Origin: Candidatus Aminicenantes bacterium
GTDB taxonomy: Bacteria; Acidobacteriota; Aminicenantia; Aminicenantales; Saccharicenantaceae
NCBI GenBank assembly: GCA_017883305.1
Contig: JADGNU010000001.1
Location: 1,606 to 65,605 of the forward strand
DNA length: 64,000 bases
Direction of reading: 5' to 3'
A model generated the notes under the pieces. That model did not search any database, was not told the origin of the DNA, and saw only the letters and a list, made by a program, of their open reading frames with translations. The translations under genes and the position numbers were made by a program. This document shows, in pieces, positions 49,424 through 58,723 of the stretch; positions within the stretch are counted from its first letter, which is position 1; each line of letters starts with the position of its first letter.

Positions 49424-50865
49424 GGGGTCGTCCTCTTGATCAGGCGCCGGGCCCGCGCCAGGCCTTCGGCCTTGGTTTCGAAGGCGTTGTCGAGCTGAGC
49501 CTGGTAGATCTTCTTGAGGAGGCGGCCCATCTCCGGACCGGGAGGGACGCCGAGCTTGATGAGGTCCCGGCCCATGACCAGGGGTTTGATCGTCTCCCGG
49601 TTGACCCGGAGCTCTTCGAACTTCTTGACGAGCCAGCGGGCCTGGGGGTCGAGGCCGTGGACGAGTCGGGACCGGCGGCCGGCCCGGTCGGCCGCGTCGA
49701 GGAGGACGACGAGATCGATCTCGCCCTGGACTTCGGCGGCCAGGCGGTTGAAGGCCTTCTTCGTGACTTCTTCGCGGTTCGTCCAGAGCTCGCCGGCCCG
49801 GTGGTGGGTTCGGATGAGCAGGGGGACCATGCGGCCGATGTTGGTGCCGCTCCAGGTCTGGACCTTGAACCGGACCAGGACGCGGCGGGCCGCGCGCTCG
49901 CTCTGGACATCGTGGCCGGCCGAGGTCAGGGTCATGCGGCCGCGCTTGAATTCCCAGCGCGTCGTCGTCGCCTTGCCCAGGTCGTGATAGAGAGCGGCCA
50001 GCAGCAGGGCCAGCCGCTTCGGGACGGGCAGCCCGGCCGTCCGGGCCAGGGCCGCGGCCTGGTCGACACTGAGCTTGGTATGGGCCCAGACCGTGTGATG
50101 GCCGAAGGCGTCTTTTTCGGGGTGGAAAAGCGCGTCCTGGATGACCTGGGTCAGGGCCTGGAGCTCGGGGAACCACTGTTCGAGGATGCCGAGGCGAAAC
50201 ATCTCCTCGAGGCCGACCGACGGCCGGCCGGAGTCGAGGAGCATCTTGAACATCTCATCGTTGACCCTCTCGACGCTGAGACCGGACAGGTCGACCGATC
50301 GGGCCGCGGGGTAGATGGCCGGATCGACCTTGAAACCCAGGACCGAAGCGAACCGGGCCACCCGGATGATGCGCAGGGGGTCGTCGGGGAAGGCCGCGGG
50401 GTTGGTCAGGCGGATGCGCTTTGCCAGCGTGTCCTTGCGGCCCTCGAAGGGGTCGATGAGGCTGCCGTCCTTGAGGCGGAGGGCCATGCTGTTGGTTCGG
50501 AAATCCCGGCGCTCGAGGTCCTTTTCGATGGGTAGGTCGGGGTCCGCGGCGACGACGATGTCCTTGTGGCTCCGCGCGCCTTCGGCCCCGGCGCGGTCGA
50601 CCCGCGGCAGCGCGATGTCGTAGGTCCGGCCGCCCCGGGTGAATTTGATGATGCCGAAGCTCCGCCCGACGAGGTCGACGCGGCCGTGCTTCTCGAGCTT
50701 GCCGACGATCGCTTTGAGGGGGTGTCGGGCGACGAGAAGATCGACCTCGGAGGAAGGGCGCCCGAGGATGAGGTCGCGGACGAAGCCGCCGACCGCGTAG
50801 ACGTCGCCGCCGAAGAGCCGGACGAAGAGCGGCCGGTCTGGGAAATCGAAGGACAGCCTGGTCAT
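49420..50865 (-). CDS. cca: tRNA nucleotidyltransferase (CCA-adding enzyme) with C-terminal HD domain
   Basis: 481 aa from MTRLSFD; GGFVRD and RDFTxN polbeta-NT motifs; HD motif LYHDLGK; ATGA overlaps on both sides (galE, peptidase). Confidence 0.65.
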   Translation of the reverse strand: MTRLSFDFPDRPLFVRLFGGDVYAVGGFVRDLILGRPSSEVDLLVARHPLKAIVGKLEKHGRVDLVGRSFGIIKFTRGGRTYDIALPRVDRAGAEGARSHKDIVVAADPDLPIEKDLERRDFRTNSMALRLKDGSLIDPFEGRKDTLAKRIRLTNPAAFPDDPLRIIRVARFASVLGFKVDPAIYPAARSVDLSGLSVERVNDEMFKMLLDSGRPSVGLEEMFRLGILEQWFPELQALTQVIQDALFHPEKDAFGHHTVWAHTKLSVDQAAALARTAGLPVPKRLALLLAALYHDLGKATTTRWEFKRGRMTLTSAGHDVQSERAARRVLVRFKVQTWSGTNIGRMVPLLIRTHHRAGELWTNREEVTKKAFNRLAAEVQGEIDLVVLLDAADRAGRRSRLVHGLDPQARWLVKKFEELRVNRETIKPLVMGRDLIKLGVPPGPEMGRLLKKIYQAQLDNAFETKAEGLARARRLIKRTTP

Positions 50866-52088
50866 TCTGCGGCCGGGAATTTCTCCAGGACCTCCTTGAC
50901 GGCGTCCTTGTGGACCATGAACATCAGGCATTTCAAGCGGAGGTAATCGTCCTGGTAAAAAAAGTACCCCTTGACCTTGCCCCACCAGGCGTTCTCCCAG
51001 GAATCCTTGATCAGGAACCAATTCCCCTTGCCCGACTCGAGGTAGCCGACGCAGTGGACGGCGTGGTCGTCGGTCGACGAGCCGTTGGCGAAGCGGTACT
51101 CCCGGCTGGACTGGTCGATATAGGCCGGGGGAATGTCGAACGTGGGCACCATGGCCACGTCGCTCTCGCCGAGATAGCCCGGCTCGGAGAAATCGACCGC
51201 CAGGGTCGCGGTGTAGCCCTTGCGCAAGGCCCGCAGGAGGGCCAGGGAGAATTCATAGAGAGGCAGATTCCGGAATTCGCGGCTGTGCCAGTAATTATCG
51301 GGGACCTTGTATTCGCCCTGCGTGTAAAAGGGAAGATACATGAAGCTGACGAAGGAGACGTAGTCGTCCGGCTGGAGCCCCAAGGAGGAGAGGTATTCGA
51401 GCGGCGTCAGGGACCGGCCGTCGACGTCGATGCGGTCCGGCGGGCGGCCCAGGTGCCGGTCGAGAATGGCCCGCACGCCGGCCAGGCCGGGGGCCTCATC
51501 CCAGGCGTTCTTGGCCGCCAGGCCGGTGAGATAATCCCGGAGCTCGCGGAAAAGGAGCCCGTGGTCGTGGGCGGTCTGGCCGTCGAGGAGACCGGGGTAA
51601 TCGGTCTCGCGAACGAGCCCGTACTGCTTGATCCGGGCCATGGCCGAATTGGGCTCGGAGCCCTGACCGAGGAACGAATTCCCTTTCTCGAGGAGGAAGC
51701 GGCGGGCCTTTTCGACGTATTCCCAATAGACCGTGTGCATCTCGGAGAGTTTGACCACGGGCTTTCCCTGGCGTCTCAGCTCGGATTCGAGAAGGGAGGT
51801 CGCCGCGAACGACCAGCAGGTGCCGGTCTTGCCCTGCATGGCGGGCGGCAGGTGGAAGAGCTGGGTGAACTCGAGAGGGTCGGTCGGATGAGTGAACCCT
51901 GTCAGGTCGGCGGCGAGAAAGGTCGAGTCCTTGCTTTCCGGGGTTTCGCGGGTGTAGAGGGCCTGGTCGTGCTTGGGCTGTCCCGGAGCGGTTCCGGCCT
52001 GGCCTGGCTCCTTCTTGCCGCACGAAAGAAAAAGCCCTAAAACGACCATCAGAGCGAGGCCGAATACGGCGGATCGGCGCCTGTTCAT
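50862..52088 (-). CDS. Lipoprotein-anchored papain-family (C1) peptidase, aminopeptidase C/bleomycin hydrolase-like
   Basis: 408 aa from MNRRRSAVFGLALMVVLGLFLSCG (lipobox-like); active site QGKTGTCWSFA; His/Asn block downstream. Confidence 0.7.
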   Translation of the reverse strand: MNRRRSAVFGLALMVVLGLFLSCGKKEPGQAGTAPGQPKHDQALYTRETPESKDSTFLAADLTGFTHPTDPLEFTQLFHLPPAMQGKTGTCWSFAATSLLESELRRQGKPVVKLSEMHTVYWEYVEKARRFLLEKGNSFLGQGSEPNSAMARIKQYGLVRETDYPGLLDGQTAHDHGLLFRELRDYLTGLAAKNAWDEAPGLAGVRAILDRHLGRPPDRIDVDGRSLTPLEYLSSLGLQPDDYVSFVSFMYLPFYTQGEYKVPDNYWHSREFRNLPLYEFSLALLRALRKGYTATLAVDFSEPGYLGESDVAMVPTFDIPPAYIDQSSREYRFANGSSTDDHAVHCVGYLESGKGNWFLIKDSWENAWWGKVKGYFFYQDDYLRLKCLMFMVHKDAVKEVLEKFPAAE

Positions 52089-52132
52089 GACTGTCCCTCC
52101 TCCCCGAGATTCATGCCTGGGCATGGACCCCC

Positions 52133-52161
52133 ATTATAGGATTCGGGCACCGCAACTGCAA
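52133..52161 (-). promoter_or_regulatory. Candidate promoter of peptidase-cca-galE operon: TTGCAG (52156-52161) -N17- TATAAT (52133-52138)
   Basis: Reverse-complement cattGCAGttgcggtgcccgaatccTATAATggg; -35 box 5 bp from palindromic element A. Confidence 0.45.
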
Positions 52162-52166
52162 TGGCG

Positions 52167-52236
52167 GGAAAATGGGGACGTTTCCGTTTTTTAAAATAAT
52201 GCATTTTCTAGAAAAACAGAAACGTCCCCATTTTCC
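52167..52236. repeat. Palindromic intergenic element copy A: 18-bp perfect arms GGAAAATGGGGACGTTTC / GAAACGTCCCCATTTTCC around a 34-bp AT-rich core containing TTTTCTAGAAAA
   Basis: Read directly; ~85% identical to copy B at 62795-62864. Confidence 0.85.
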
Positions 52237-52241
52237 GATCC

Positions 52242-52270
52242 TTGTCAGGCGGGGCCGTTTTAGGTATCCT
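52242..52270 (+). promoter_or_regulatory. Candidate promoter of LEA_2 gene: TTGTCA (52242-52247) -N17- TATCCT, 5 bp downstream of element A
   Basis: cTTGTCAggcggggccgttttaggTATCCTgtagggacgacATG. Confidence 0.35.
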
Positions 52271-52281
52271 GTAGGGACGAC

Positions 52282-53160
52282 ATGAACGCCCACAGACGCT
52301 CGACAGGACTGGCGCTCGGCGCGGCCAGCCTGGCGTTTTTTCTGGCCGGATCCGCCGCCGCCCCGGCCGCCTCCCGGCCGTCCGCCGGAGCGAAGGACGA
52401 GGTTTCCCTAGCGCTCAGGGAGAAGGTCATCAAGAACCTGAGCTCCTCGGGCCTTGTCCTGGCCTTCCACGTCGCCGTCGTCAATCCCGCCCCCGCGCCG
52501 CGCCAGCTCGTCCGCTACCGGTACCGGGTCAGGATCGACCAGAAGGAATACATCAACACGGCCGTCGCGTTGGCGGAGCCCCTGGTCGTGCCTCCGGGCG
52601 GCGAAACGCTCATTGCCCTTCCGGTCAAGATCACCTATGACCTGCTGCGGCAGGCCTTAGGGCCCATCGAGGGGCAGGCCCTCTGCGACATCGTCGGCGA
52701 CATGTACTTCCTGAACGAACGGAACAAAGAGCAGAAAGCGTCCTTCGCGTTCAGCGGGGAATTTCCCATCTTCAAAGACCCCGAGGTCGACCTGCTGCCG
52801 CTCGATGTCCTCGACCTGACGGTGGGCGGGGCCGACGTCGTCTTCCATCCCCGCTTCAGGAACGCCAACGGCTACGAACTCATCGTCGACGCGATCGATT
52901 TCGAGCTTTCGTTCAGCGGCCATTCCGTCCTCACGGGATCCATCCCGGAGGACAAGAGCCTTCCCCGGACAGGCGAAAAGACCTTCTCCATCCCCTTCCT
53001 GGTCGATTTCTTCGAGGCCGGGGAAGATGTCCGCGCCGGCTTTGCCAAGGACGAGTTTCCCGGCAAGTTCACCGGCCGGATCAAGATCGCCTCGGTCTGG
53101 GGCCCGCTCGTCATCGGCTTCGATACGAACCAGGCTCTGCGTCTCTCGAAGAAGTCCTGA
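52282..53160 (+). CDS. Secreted protein with two LEA_2/WHy-like domains
   Basis: 292 aa; signal peptide MNAHRRSTGLALGAASLAFFLAGSAAA; two repeats with NP...v.y.v.i pattern (VAVVNPAPAPRQLVRYRYRVRIDQKEY; DVVFHPRFRNANGYELIVDAIDFELSF). Confidence 0.55.
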   Translation: MNAHRRSTGLALGAASLAFFLAGSAAAPAASRPSAGAKDEVSLALREKVIKNLSSSGLVLAFHVAVVNPAPAPRQLVRYRYRVRIDQKEYINTAVALAEPLVVPPGGETLIALPVKITYDLLRQALGPIEGQALCDIVGDMYFLNERNKEQKASFAFSGEFPIFKDPEVDLLPLDVLDLTVGGADVVFHPRFRNANGYELIVDAIDFELSFSGHSVLTGSIPEDKSLPRTGEKTFSIPFLVDFFEAGEDVRAGFAKDEFPGKFTGRIKIASVWGPLVIGFDTNQALRLSKKS

Positions 53161-53169
53161 CAAGCGGAC

Positions 53170-53198
53170 AAAAAAAAGGGCCAGCGGACGGCTGGCCC
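53170..53198 (-). terminator. Rho-independent terminator of OMP gene (minus strand): stem gggccagc/gctggccc + U8
   Basis: Plus strand reads aaaaaaaagggccagcggacggctggccc; also terminates the convergent LEA_2 gene region. Confidence 0.6.
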
Positions 53199-53225
53199 CG
53201 TCATCTTGAACGGACGCTCTTGGTT

Positions 53226-54002
53226 TTAGAACCAGTAGCTGATCCCGGCGGTCAGGGTGAGTCCGCCGAGTTCCAAGTCGTCGAATCCCTCGAACATCCC
53301 GTTAAGCCGGCCCTTGGCCGAATGATAGCGGGCCTCGGCCTCGATCGTGGCCCGGTACCCGATGGGGAACTGGAGGCCTCCGAAGGCATGCCAGCCGAAC
53401 GCGGTACCGTTCTCTTGACTGAAGACGGGCTCGACGGGATAGATGTCGACGTCACCCAGGGGGTCGGGATAGATCGTGGGGACCGTAAAGTTGACCATGT
53501 CGCCGAACATGCGGACGCCGTAGAAGACCAGGCTGGCGCCGCCTCCGACAAAGGGGATGATCTTGGCCCTCCGGCCGAACGGCAGGAACTTCAAAGAGAG
53601 ATCGACCGGGGTGATGCTCACGCGCAAGGAGTGGACGATGTCGCTGCCCTCATAGAACTCGAAGGGGAAGGCGAAATCGCCCTCAGTGATGGTGTTGGCG
53701 ACCCAGTCCAAGTAGTAGCCGACACTGCTTTTGTTGTAGGCGTCCGCGCTCAAGGCCAGGCTGATGTTCTTGGTCAGGAAATGGTCATAGCCGATGCCGA
53801 CCATCCCGCCTCGATAGTCCTTCGGGATGAAGCTCATCTGGCTGAACTCGATCGCCAAGAGGCTGTCGGGGTGGGTATTCAGATAGGAGTCCGTTAGAGT
53901 TTTGGGCCAAAAATAGCCCAGCCTCAGCGAGATCGAGTCGGAGAAGGCCAGGGACGGGATAAGTATGAGCAATCCCAGGGCCAGGATGGTTATCTTTTTC
54001 AT
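53226..54002 (-). CDS. Outer-membrane beta-barrel protein (OmpA-like/porin-fold, C-terminal YWF)
   Basis: 258 aa from MKKITILALGLLILIPSLAFS; alternating hydrophobic strands; terminal aromatic YWF; SD aggagg 6 nt upstream. Confidence 0.65.
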   Translation of the reverse strand: MKKITILALGLLILIPSLAFSDSISLRLGYFWPKTLTDSYLNTHPDSLLAIEFSQMSFIPKDYRGGMVGIGYDHFLTKNISLALSADAYNKSSVGYYLDWVANTITEGDFAFPFEFYEGSDIVHSLRVSITPVDLSLKFLPFGRRAKIIPFVGGGASLVFYGVRMFGDMVNFTVPTIYPDPLGDVDIYPVEPVFSQENGTAFGWHAFGGLQFPIGYRATIEAEARYHSAKGRLNGMFEGFDDLELGGLTLTAGISYWF

Positions 54003-54137
54003 TTCGTTCCTCCTGTTCAACCGACATTATAGCAAAAAATATGCCAGGCGGGTCCGGGTTTCCAACAGAGGAGGGGCTCCCTGAGGATGTGCCTAAAACA
54101 GGTCAGGTGTCCTCAAATCAACGAACGGCCGGCCTGT

Positions 54138-54166
54138 TTGACTTTTGGACAGGGGCCGGTTACCAT
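54138..54166 (+). promoter_or_regulatory. Candidate promoter of tsaC: TTGACT (54138-54143) -N17- TACCAT (54161-54166)
   Basis: ctgtTTGACTtttggacaggggccggtTACCATcc. Confidence 0.3.
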
Positions 54167-54234
54167 CCCGGACGGGGAGGAGACCGGAATTGATCGAAAC
54201 GCGCACGGTCCGTCTCCGCAAGAGAGCGGCGGTC

Positions 54235-54837
54235 ATGCCCAGGGTCAAGGACGTCGCCGCGGCCCTGCTCTCGGGAGCCGTCGCGGCTTACCCTACGGAA
54301 ACGTCCTACGCCCTCGGCGCGGCGGCCTTTTCTAAAAAAGGGGTGGACAGGATCTTCCGGTTGAAGAAGCGGGATCCTTCGAAGCCTCTGTCTTTTATGG
54401 TCTCGGACATGGACATGATCACGGAAGTGGTGTCCTCGCTGCCCCCGGCCTTCTCGGTGCTGACCGCGGAGTTCTGGCCGGGTCCGCTGACCCTCATTCT
54501 CCCCGCCGCGGCGGGCCTGCCGGAGCGTCTTCTCGGGCCGGGCCGGACGATCGCCCTGCGGATCCCGCCTCTGGCCTGGCTGCGTTCGCTCGTCCGGGAG
54601 ATGAGCGAACCCCTGACCGCGACGAGCGCCAACCTGTCGGGCGGGAGGGGAGTCGTCGATCCGGTCGAAGTGAAGGCCCTTTTTGGCGGCCAGGTCGATC
54701 TCCTCATCGACGGCGGTCCGGCCCCGGGCGGTCCGCCATCGACGATCGTCGATCTCTCCGGCGACCGGCCTCGGATCCTCCGGGAGGGCTCGATCCCCGC
54801 GGCCAGGATCAAGAAGGTCCTGCGCGAGCTTACTTGA
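54235..54837 (+). CDS. tsaC: L-threonylcarbamoyladenylate synthase TsaC/YrdC (alternative TTG start 54190 with strong SD ggggaggag)
   Basis: 200 aa from MPRVKDVAAALLSGAVAAYPTETSYALGAA; YrdC fold motifs PTETxYxL, SANxSG. Confidence 0.7.
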   Translation: MPRVKDVAAALLSGAVAAYPTETSYALGAAAFSKKGVDRIFRLKKRDPSKPLSFMVSDMDMITEVVSSLPPAFSVLTAEFWPGPLTLILPAAAGLPERLLGPGRTIALRIPPLAWLRSLVREMSEPLTATSANLSGGRGVVDPVEVKALFGGQVDLLIDGGPAPGGPPSTIVDLSGDRPRILREGSIPAARIKKVLRELT

Positions 54838-56794
54838 CGATCGCCCCGGCCTGGATGTCCCGGTCGAAGAAGGGGATGACGGCCTTGTTGTCGGGGGTGA
54901 TGGCCGCGAGCAGCATGGCCTGGGATTCGATGCCGCGGATGACCGCGGGCTTCAGGTTGACGATGACGATGAGCTTCCGGCCGACGAGCTCCTCGGGCGT
55001 GTAGGTCTCAGCCACCCCGGCGATCATCTGCCGCTGCTCCGTGCCGATATCGATCTTGAGCTTCAGGATCTTGGTCGCGCCCGGCACACGCTCGGCTTCG
55101 AGGATCTGGGCGACCCTGAGGTCCATTCTCCTGAACTCGTCGTAGGTGATGATATCCATGATGTTCGCTCCCTTTATGATCGGTTCGGGCCCTGCGGCCG
55201 GGGCGGCGGCGGGTGGGCCGGCCTCCTCGCCCAGGAAATCTTTCAGCGCCACCCGCGGAAAGAGCGCTTGCGGCATCCCGACCTTCCGGCCGGGGCCGAA
55301 GCCGCCGAAATCGAGCGCCTCCCAGAGCACGTCCGCGGGTTTCTTCGTCTCGCCGAGAAAGCCCCAGACCTTTTCGACCGACCGGGGCATGACGGGATAG
55401 ACAAGATAGCTCGCGCCCCGGATGGCCGCCGCGGCTTGGAGGAGCACCCGCGCCAGCCGGGGCCGGCGGCTCGCGTCCTTGGCCATGATCCAGGGTTCGT
55501 TGTCCGCGAGATACTTGTTGACCATGCCGATGTAGGCCCAGATCTCCTCGAGGGCCTTGTTGAGCGTGCAGGCCTCGTAGAGATCGAAGACGCGGCCCTT
55601 GAGCTCCTCGAAATCCGTCCGCACCTTCGCGTCCTCCGCGGTCTCCGAGGCGGGGTCGTCGATCGCGCCGCCGAAGTAGTTGCCGATCATCGTCAGCGTC
55701 CGCTGGACGAGATTGCCGAAGTCGTTGGCCAGGTCGGAGTTGACCCGGTGGAGGAAGCCCTCGTGGGAGAAATTGCCGTCCTGGCCGATGGGGATCTCGC
55801 GGAGGAGGAAGTAGCGCAGGGGGTCCGGCCCGAAGACCTTCAGCAGGACGTGCGGATCGAGGACGTTGCCCTTGGACTTGGACATCTTGGTATCGTCCTT
55901 GAGCCACCAGCCGTGGCCGAAGACCGTTCGCGGCAGCGGCAGGCCCGCGGCCATCAGGAAGGCCGGCCAGTAGACGGCGTGGAATCTGAGGATGTCCTTG
56001 CCGACGAGTTGGACGTCGGCGGGCCAGAACTTCTCGTAGCGGGCCATGTTCCAGTCGTAGCCGATGGCCGTGACGTAGTTGAAGAGGGCGTCGAACCAGA
56101 CGTAGATCGTATGCTTCGGATCGCCCGGAACGGGGATGCCCCACTTGACCGTGGTCCGGGTGATGCTCAGGTCCTTGAGCCCGCCCCGGACGAAGCTCGC
56201 CACCTCGTTCAGGCGGCTCTGCGGCCGGACGAACTCGGGATGGTCCTCGTAGAGCTTCAGGAGCCTGTCCTGGTAGGCGGAAAGCCGGAAAAAGTAGGTC
56301 TCCTCGGAGACGAGCGAGGCCTTTTTGCCGCAGTCGGGGCAGGTCTTGCAGGATTCGGCGTCGAGCGGCACGTCGTCAGACAGGAAATTCTCGTCGGAGA
56401 CGCAATACCAGCCCTTGTACTCGCCCTTGTAGATGTCCCCCTTGTCGAGCAGGATCTTGAAGAGTTTCTGGACGCCCTTCTCGTGGAAGTCCATGGTCGT
56501 CCGGACGAAGAAATCGTGCGAGATGTCGAGGGCCTTCCAGAGGTCCTGGGCCCGCCCGACGACCGCATCGGCCAGGGCCTTGGGCGTCAGACCCTTCTCG
56601 GCCGCGGCCTTCTCGATTTTCTGGCCGTGTTCGTCGGTCCCCGTCAGGAAAAAGACGTCCTGGCCGGCGAGCCTGTGGAAACGGGCCAGGGTGTCGGCGA
56701 TGATCGTCGTGTAGGCGTGACCGATGTGGGGCACGTCGTTGACATAGTAGATCGGCGTTGTGACGAAAAACGTTTTCTTAGAGTTCGTTGACAT
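54830..56794 (-). CDS. metG: Methionyl-tRNA synthetase with C-terminal tRNA-binding (EMAP-like) domain
   Basis: 654 aa; HIGH (VPHIGHAYT), KMSKS, zinc knuckle CKTCPDCG. Confidence 0.95.
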   Translation of the reverse strand: MSTNSKKTFFVTTPIYYVNDVPHIGHAYTTIIADTLARFHRLAGQDVFFLTGTDEHGQKIEKAAAEKGLTPKALADAVVGRAQDLWKALDISHDFFVRTTMDFHEKGVQKLFKILLDKGDIYKGEYKGWYCVSDENFLSDDVPLDAESCKTCPDCGKKASLVSEETYFFRLSAYQDRLLKLYEDHPEFVRPQSRLNEVASFVRGGLKDLSITRTTVKWGIPVPGDPKHTIYVWFDALFNYVTAIGYDWNMARYEKFWPADVQLVGKDILRFHAVYWPAFLMAAGLPLPRTVFGHGWWLKDDTKMSKSKGNVLDPHVLLKVFGPDPLRYFLLREIPIGQDGNFSHEGFLHRVNSDLANDFGNLVQRTLTMIGNYFGGAIDDPASETAEDAKVRTDFEELKGRVFDLYEACTLNKALEEIWAYIGMVNKYLADNEPWIMAKDASRRPRLARVLLQAAAAIRGASYLVYPVMPRSVEKVWGFLGETKKPADVLWEALDFGGFGPGRKVGMPQALFPRVALKDFLGEEAGPPAAAPAAGPEPIIKGANIMDIITYDEFRRMDLRVAQILEAERVPGATKILKLKIDIGTEQRQMIAGVAETYTPEELVGRKLIVIVNLKPAVIRGIESQAMLLAAITPDNKAVIPFFDRDIQAGAIVK

Positions 56795-57359
56795 TGATGG
56801 GTCCTCCCCGGATGAGCATCATGGCCTCGGCCCGCGTCGCCGGGTTCTTGCGGAACGAGCCGCGGACGGCCGAGGTGATCGTGATCGACTTGGGCTTTTT
56901 CGCCCCGCGCATCGACATGCACATGTGCTCGGCTTCGATCACGACCATGACGCCCAGGGGCTCGAGGTGCTTGTCGAGCAGGTCGGCGATCTGCTTCGTC
57001 AACCGCTCCTGGACCTGCAGCCGCCTGGACAGGGCCTCTACGACCCGGGCGATCTTGCTCAGACCGACGATCCGCCCGGCCTTCGGAATATAGGCCACGT
57101 GGGCCACTCCCGCGAAGGGCAGGAGGTGGTGCTCGCACATCGAATAGAGAGGGATGTTCTTGATAAGGACCATTTCGTCGTGCTTCTCGTCCTCGATGAC
57201 GCGAAGGTTCTTGGTCGCTTCGCGCTCCGAGCCGCCGAGGATCTCGGCCAGCATGCGGGCCACGCGGCGGGGTGTCGCCTTGATGCCCGGCCGGCGGACG
57301 TCTTCGCCGACGCCCTCGAGGACCAGCGTGATGCCTTTCTCGATTCTCTTGATGTCCAT
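56778..57359 (-). CDS. folE: GTP cyclohydrolase I
   Basis: 193 aa; [11 protein letters not shown] and conserved C-terminal block; 17-nt overlap with metG start. Confidence 0.9.
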   Translation of the reverse strand: MDIKRIEKGITLVLEGVGEDVRRPGIKATPRRVARMLAEILGGSEREATKNLRVIEDEKHDEMVLIKNIPLYSMCEHHLLPFAGVAHVAYIPKAGRIVGLSKIARVVEALSRRLQVQERLTKQIADLLDKHLEPLGVMVVIEAEHMCMSMRGAKKPKSITITSAVRGSFRKNPATRAEAMMLIRGGPINVNEL

Positions 57360-57381
57360 GGTGGTCCCTCCGCCCGCGCCG

Positions 57382-58551
57382 CTAGCTCTTCTTATGGAAC
57401 TCGCAGACGGCCTGGTGGGCGATCTCCTTGAGAGGCGTTCCCGTCTTGCGGGCCGCCTTGAGCAGGTCCTCGTATTCCGGCTGGACGTTGATCGTCCGCC
57501 CCTCCAGGAAGGCCAGCTTGAGGCCGATCTTCTCGCCGCGGACCCTGATGGTTCGGAACTCGCGCTCGAGGACGCGGCGACCGACCGGATAGAAGCGGAC
57601 CCCGATCGAGGTCGTCTCCCTGAACACGGCTTCGATCAGGGCGTCCATATGGGCGCCTTCGACGAGGAGCGAGAGCTTCGTCCCAAGGCGGTTCTTCTTC
57701 ATGACGACGGGGGAGAGGGTGGCGTCCAGCGCGCCTTCCTCGAAGGCCCGCTCGAGGAAGTGGGCCAGGAGCTGCGGTGAGGCGTCGTCGATGGTCGCCT
57801 CGACGATGTAGACGGCCTTCGTCTCGTCGAAGGCCGCCGCGTCTCCGTAGTAGACCCTGAGGATGTTGGGGATCTCGGGGAATTCCTTGGTCCCAGCGCC
57901 GCGGCCGATCTTCTCGTAGACGAGCTCGGGCAGTTTCATGAACCGCTTGGCCAGGGCCGCGACGATGGCCGCGCCCGTCGGTGTCACGAGCTCCGATTCG
58001 ACCCAGGCGGCGTAAACCGGCGCCTGCCGCAGGAGCTCGGCCACGGCCGGAGGGGGAACCGCGAGCCGGCCGTGGGAGGTCTCGACCCAGCCGGAGCCGA
58101 CGTTGAGAGGAGAGCAATAGACCTCGCCCACGCCCAGCTCGTCGAGGAGGAGAGCGGTCCCGACGACGTCGACGAGGGCGTCATCGGCCCCGGCCTCGTG
58201 CAGGTGCGCTTCCTTGAACCTTCGTCCGTGGACTTTGGCCTCGGCCTCGAACAGCCGCTTGAAGATGGTGAGGGCCAGGTCCTTGACCGCCGGGGCGAAG
58301 CGGCTCTTGGCGATGATGCGCTCGACGTCGGCGAAGGCGCGCTCGATATGCTCATGACCCTTGATCTCGACGTCGACTTTGACGGCGGCAAAGCCCCCGC
58401 GGCGGACTCTGTGGACCGCGATCGCTACGGGCAGGCGGAGTGCCGCCATCCTGTCCTTGAAAAGGGCCGGATCGACACCCAGGTCGAGGAGTGCGCCGAG
58501 GCACATATCCCCGCTAACCCCCGACGAGGCATCGAGATAGACGTACTTCAT
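57382..58551 (-). CDS. larC: LarC-family (DUF111) nickel-pincer-cofactor nickel insertion protein
   Basis: 389 aa from [25 protein letters not shown]; ORF-track start 58632 is an upstream extension. Confidence 0.7.
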   Translation of the reverse strand: MKYVYLDASSGVSGDMCLGALLDLGVDPALFKDRMAALRLPVAIAVHRVRRGGFAAVKVDVEIKGHEHIERAFADVERIIAKSRFAPAVKDLALTIFKRLFEAEAKVHGRRFKEAHLHEAGADDALVDVVGTALLLDELGVGEVYCSPLNVGSGWVETSHGRLAVPPPAVAELLRQAPVYAAWVESELVTPTGAAIVAALAKRFMKLPELVYEKIGRGAGTKEFPEIPNILRVYYGDAAAFDETKAVYIVEATIDDASPQLLAHFLERAFEEGALDATLSPVVMKKNRLGTKLSLLVEGAHMDALIEAVFRETTSIGVRFYPVGRRVLEREFRTIRVRGEKIGLKLAFLEGRTINVQPEYEDLLKAARKTGTPLKEIAHQAVCEFHKKS

Positions 58552-58677
58552 AGTTTCCTTAGAATATCGTTTTCCCCTGAAAAAAGCAAAGACGCCAGGA
58601 GGCGGGGGGTTGCCCCTTCGCCGCCAAAGCACTGTTCAGAGTTAACCCCGGACAACCGGAAACCCGCGGGGCGGGGG

Positions 58678-58707
58678 TTGACTCCCCCTCACGGAAAAAG
58701 GTATATG
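58678..58707 (+). promoter_or_regulatory. Candidate promoter of mtnP: TTGACT (58678-58683) -N18- TATATG (58702-58707), SD gaggagg
   Basis: gggggTTGACTccccctcacggaaaaaggTATATGaagccgaggaggattcATG. Confidence 0.35.
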
Positions 58708-58723
58708 AAGCCGAGGAGGATTC

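Noticed and set aside
48452-50176. 574-aa ORF spanning galE and the 3' part of cca in one frame
   Set aside because: The GalE Rossmann N-terminus MTILVAGGAGYIGSH begins at 49423. The upstream 251 aa are an alternative frame of cca with Pro/Arg/Gly-rich junk composition.
53226-54002. Possible horizontally acquired OMP gene (appears somewhat lower in GC than neighbours)
   Set aside because: The impression is from reading only and cannot be quantified without computation. Codon usage still looks GC3-biased and the flanks are ordinary core genes.
54145-54234. TTG-initiated 5' extension of tsaC (ORF-track start 54145)
   Set aside because: It would begin inside the predicted -35/-10 region. Conserved YrdC N-terminus alignment supports ATG 54235. 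TTG 54190 with its strong SD remains a possible alternative and is noted in the feature.
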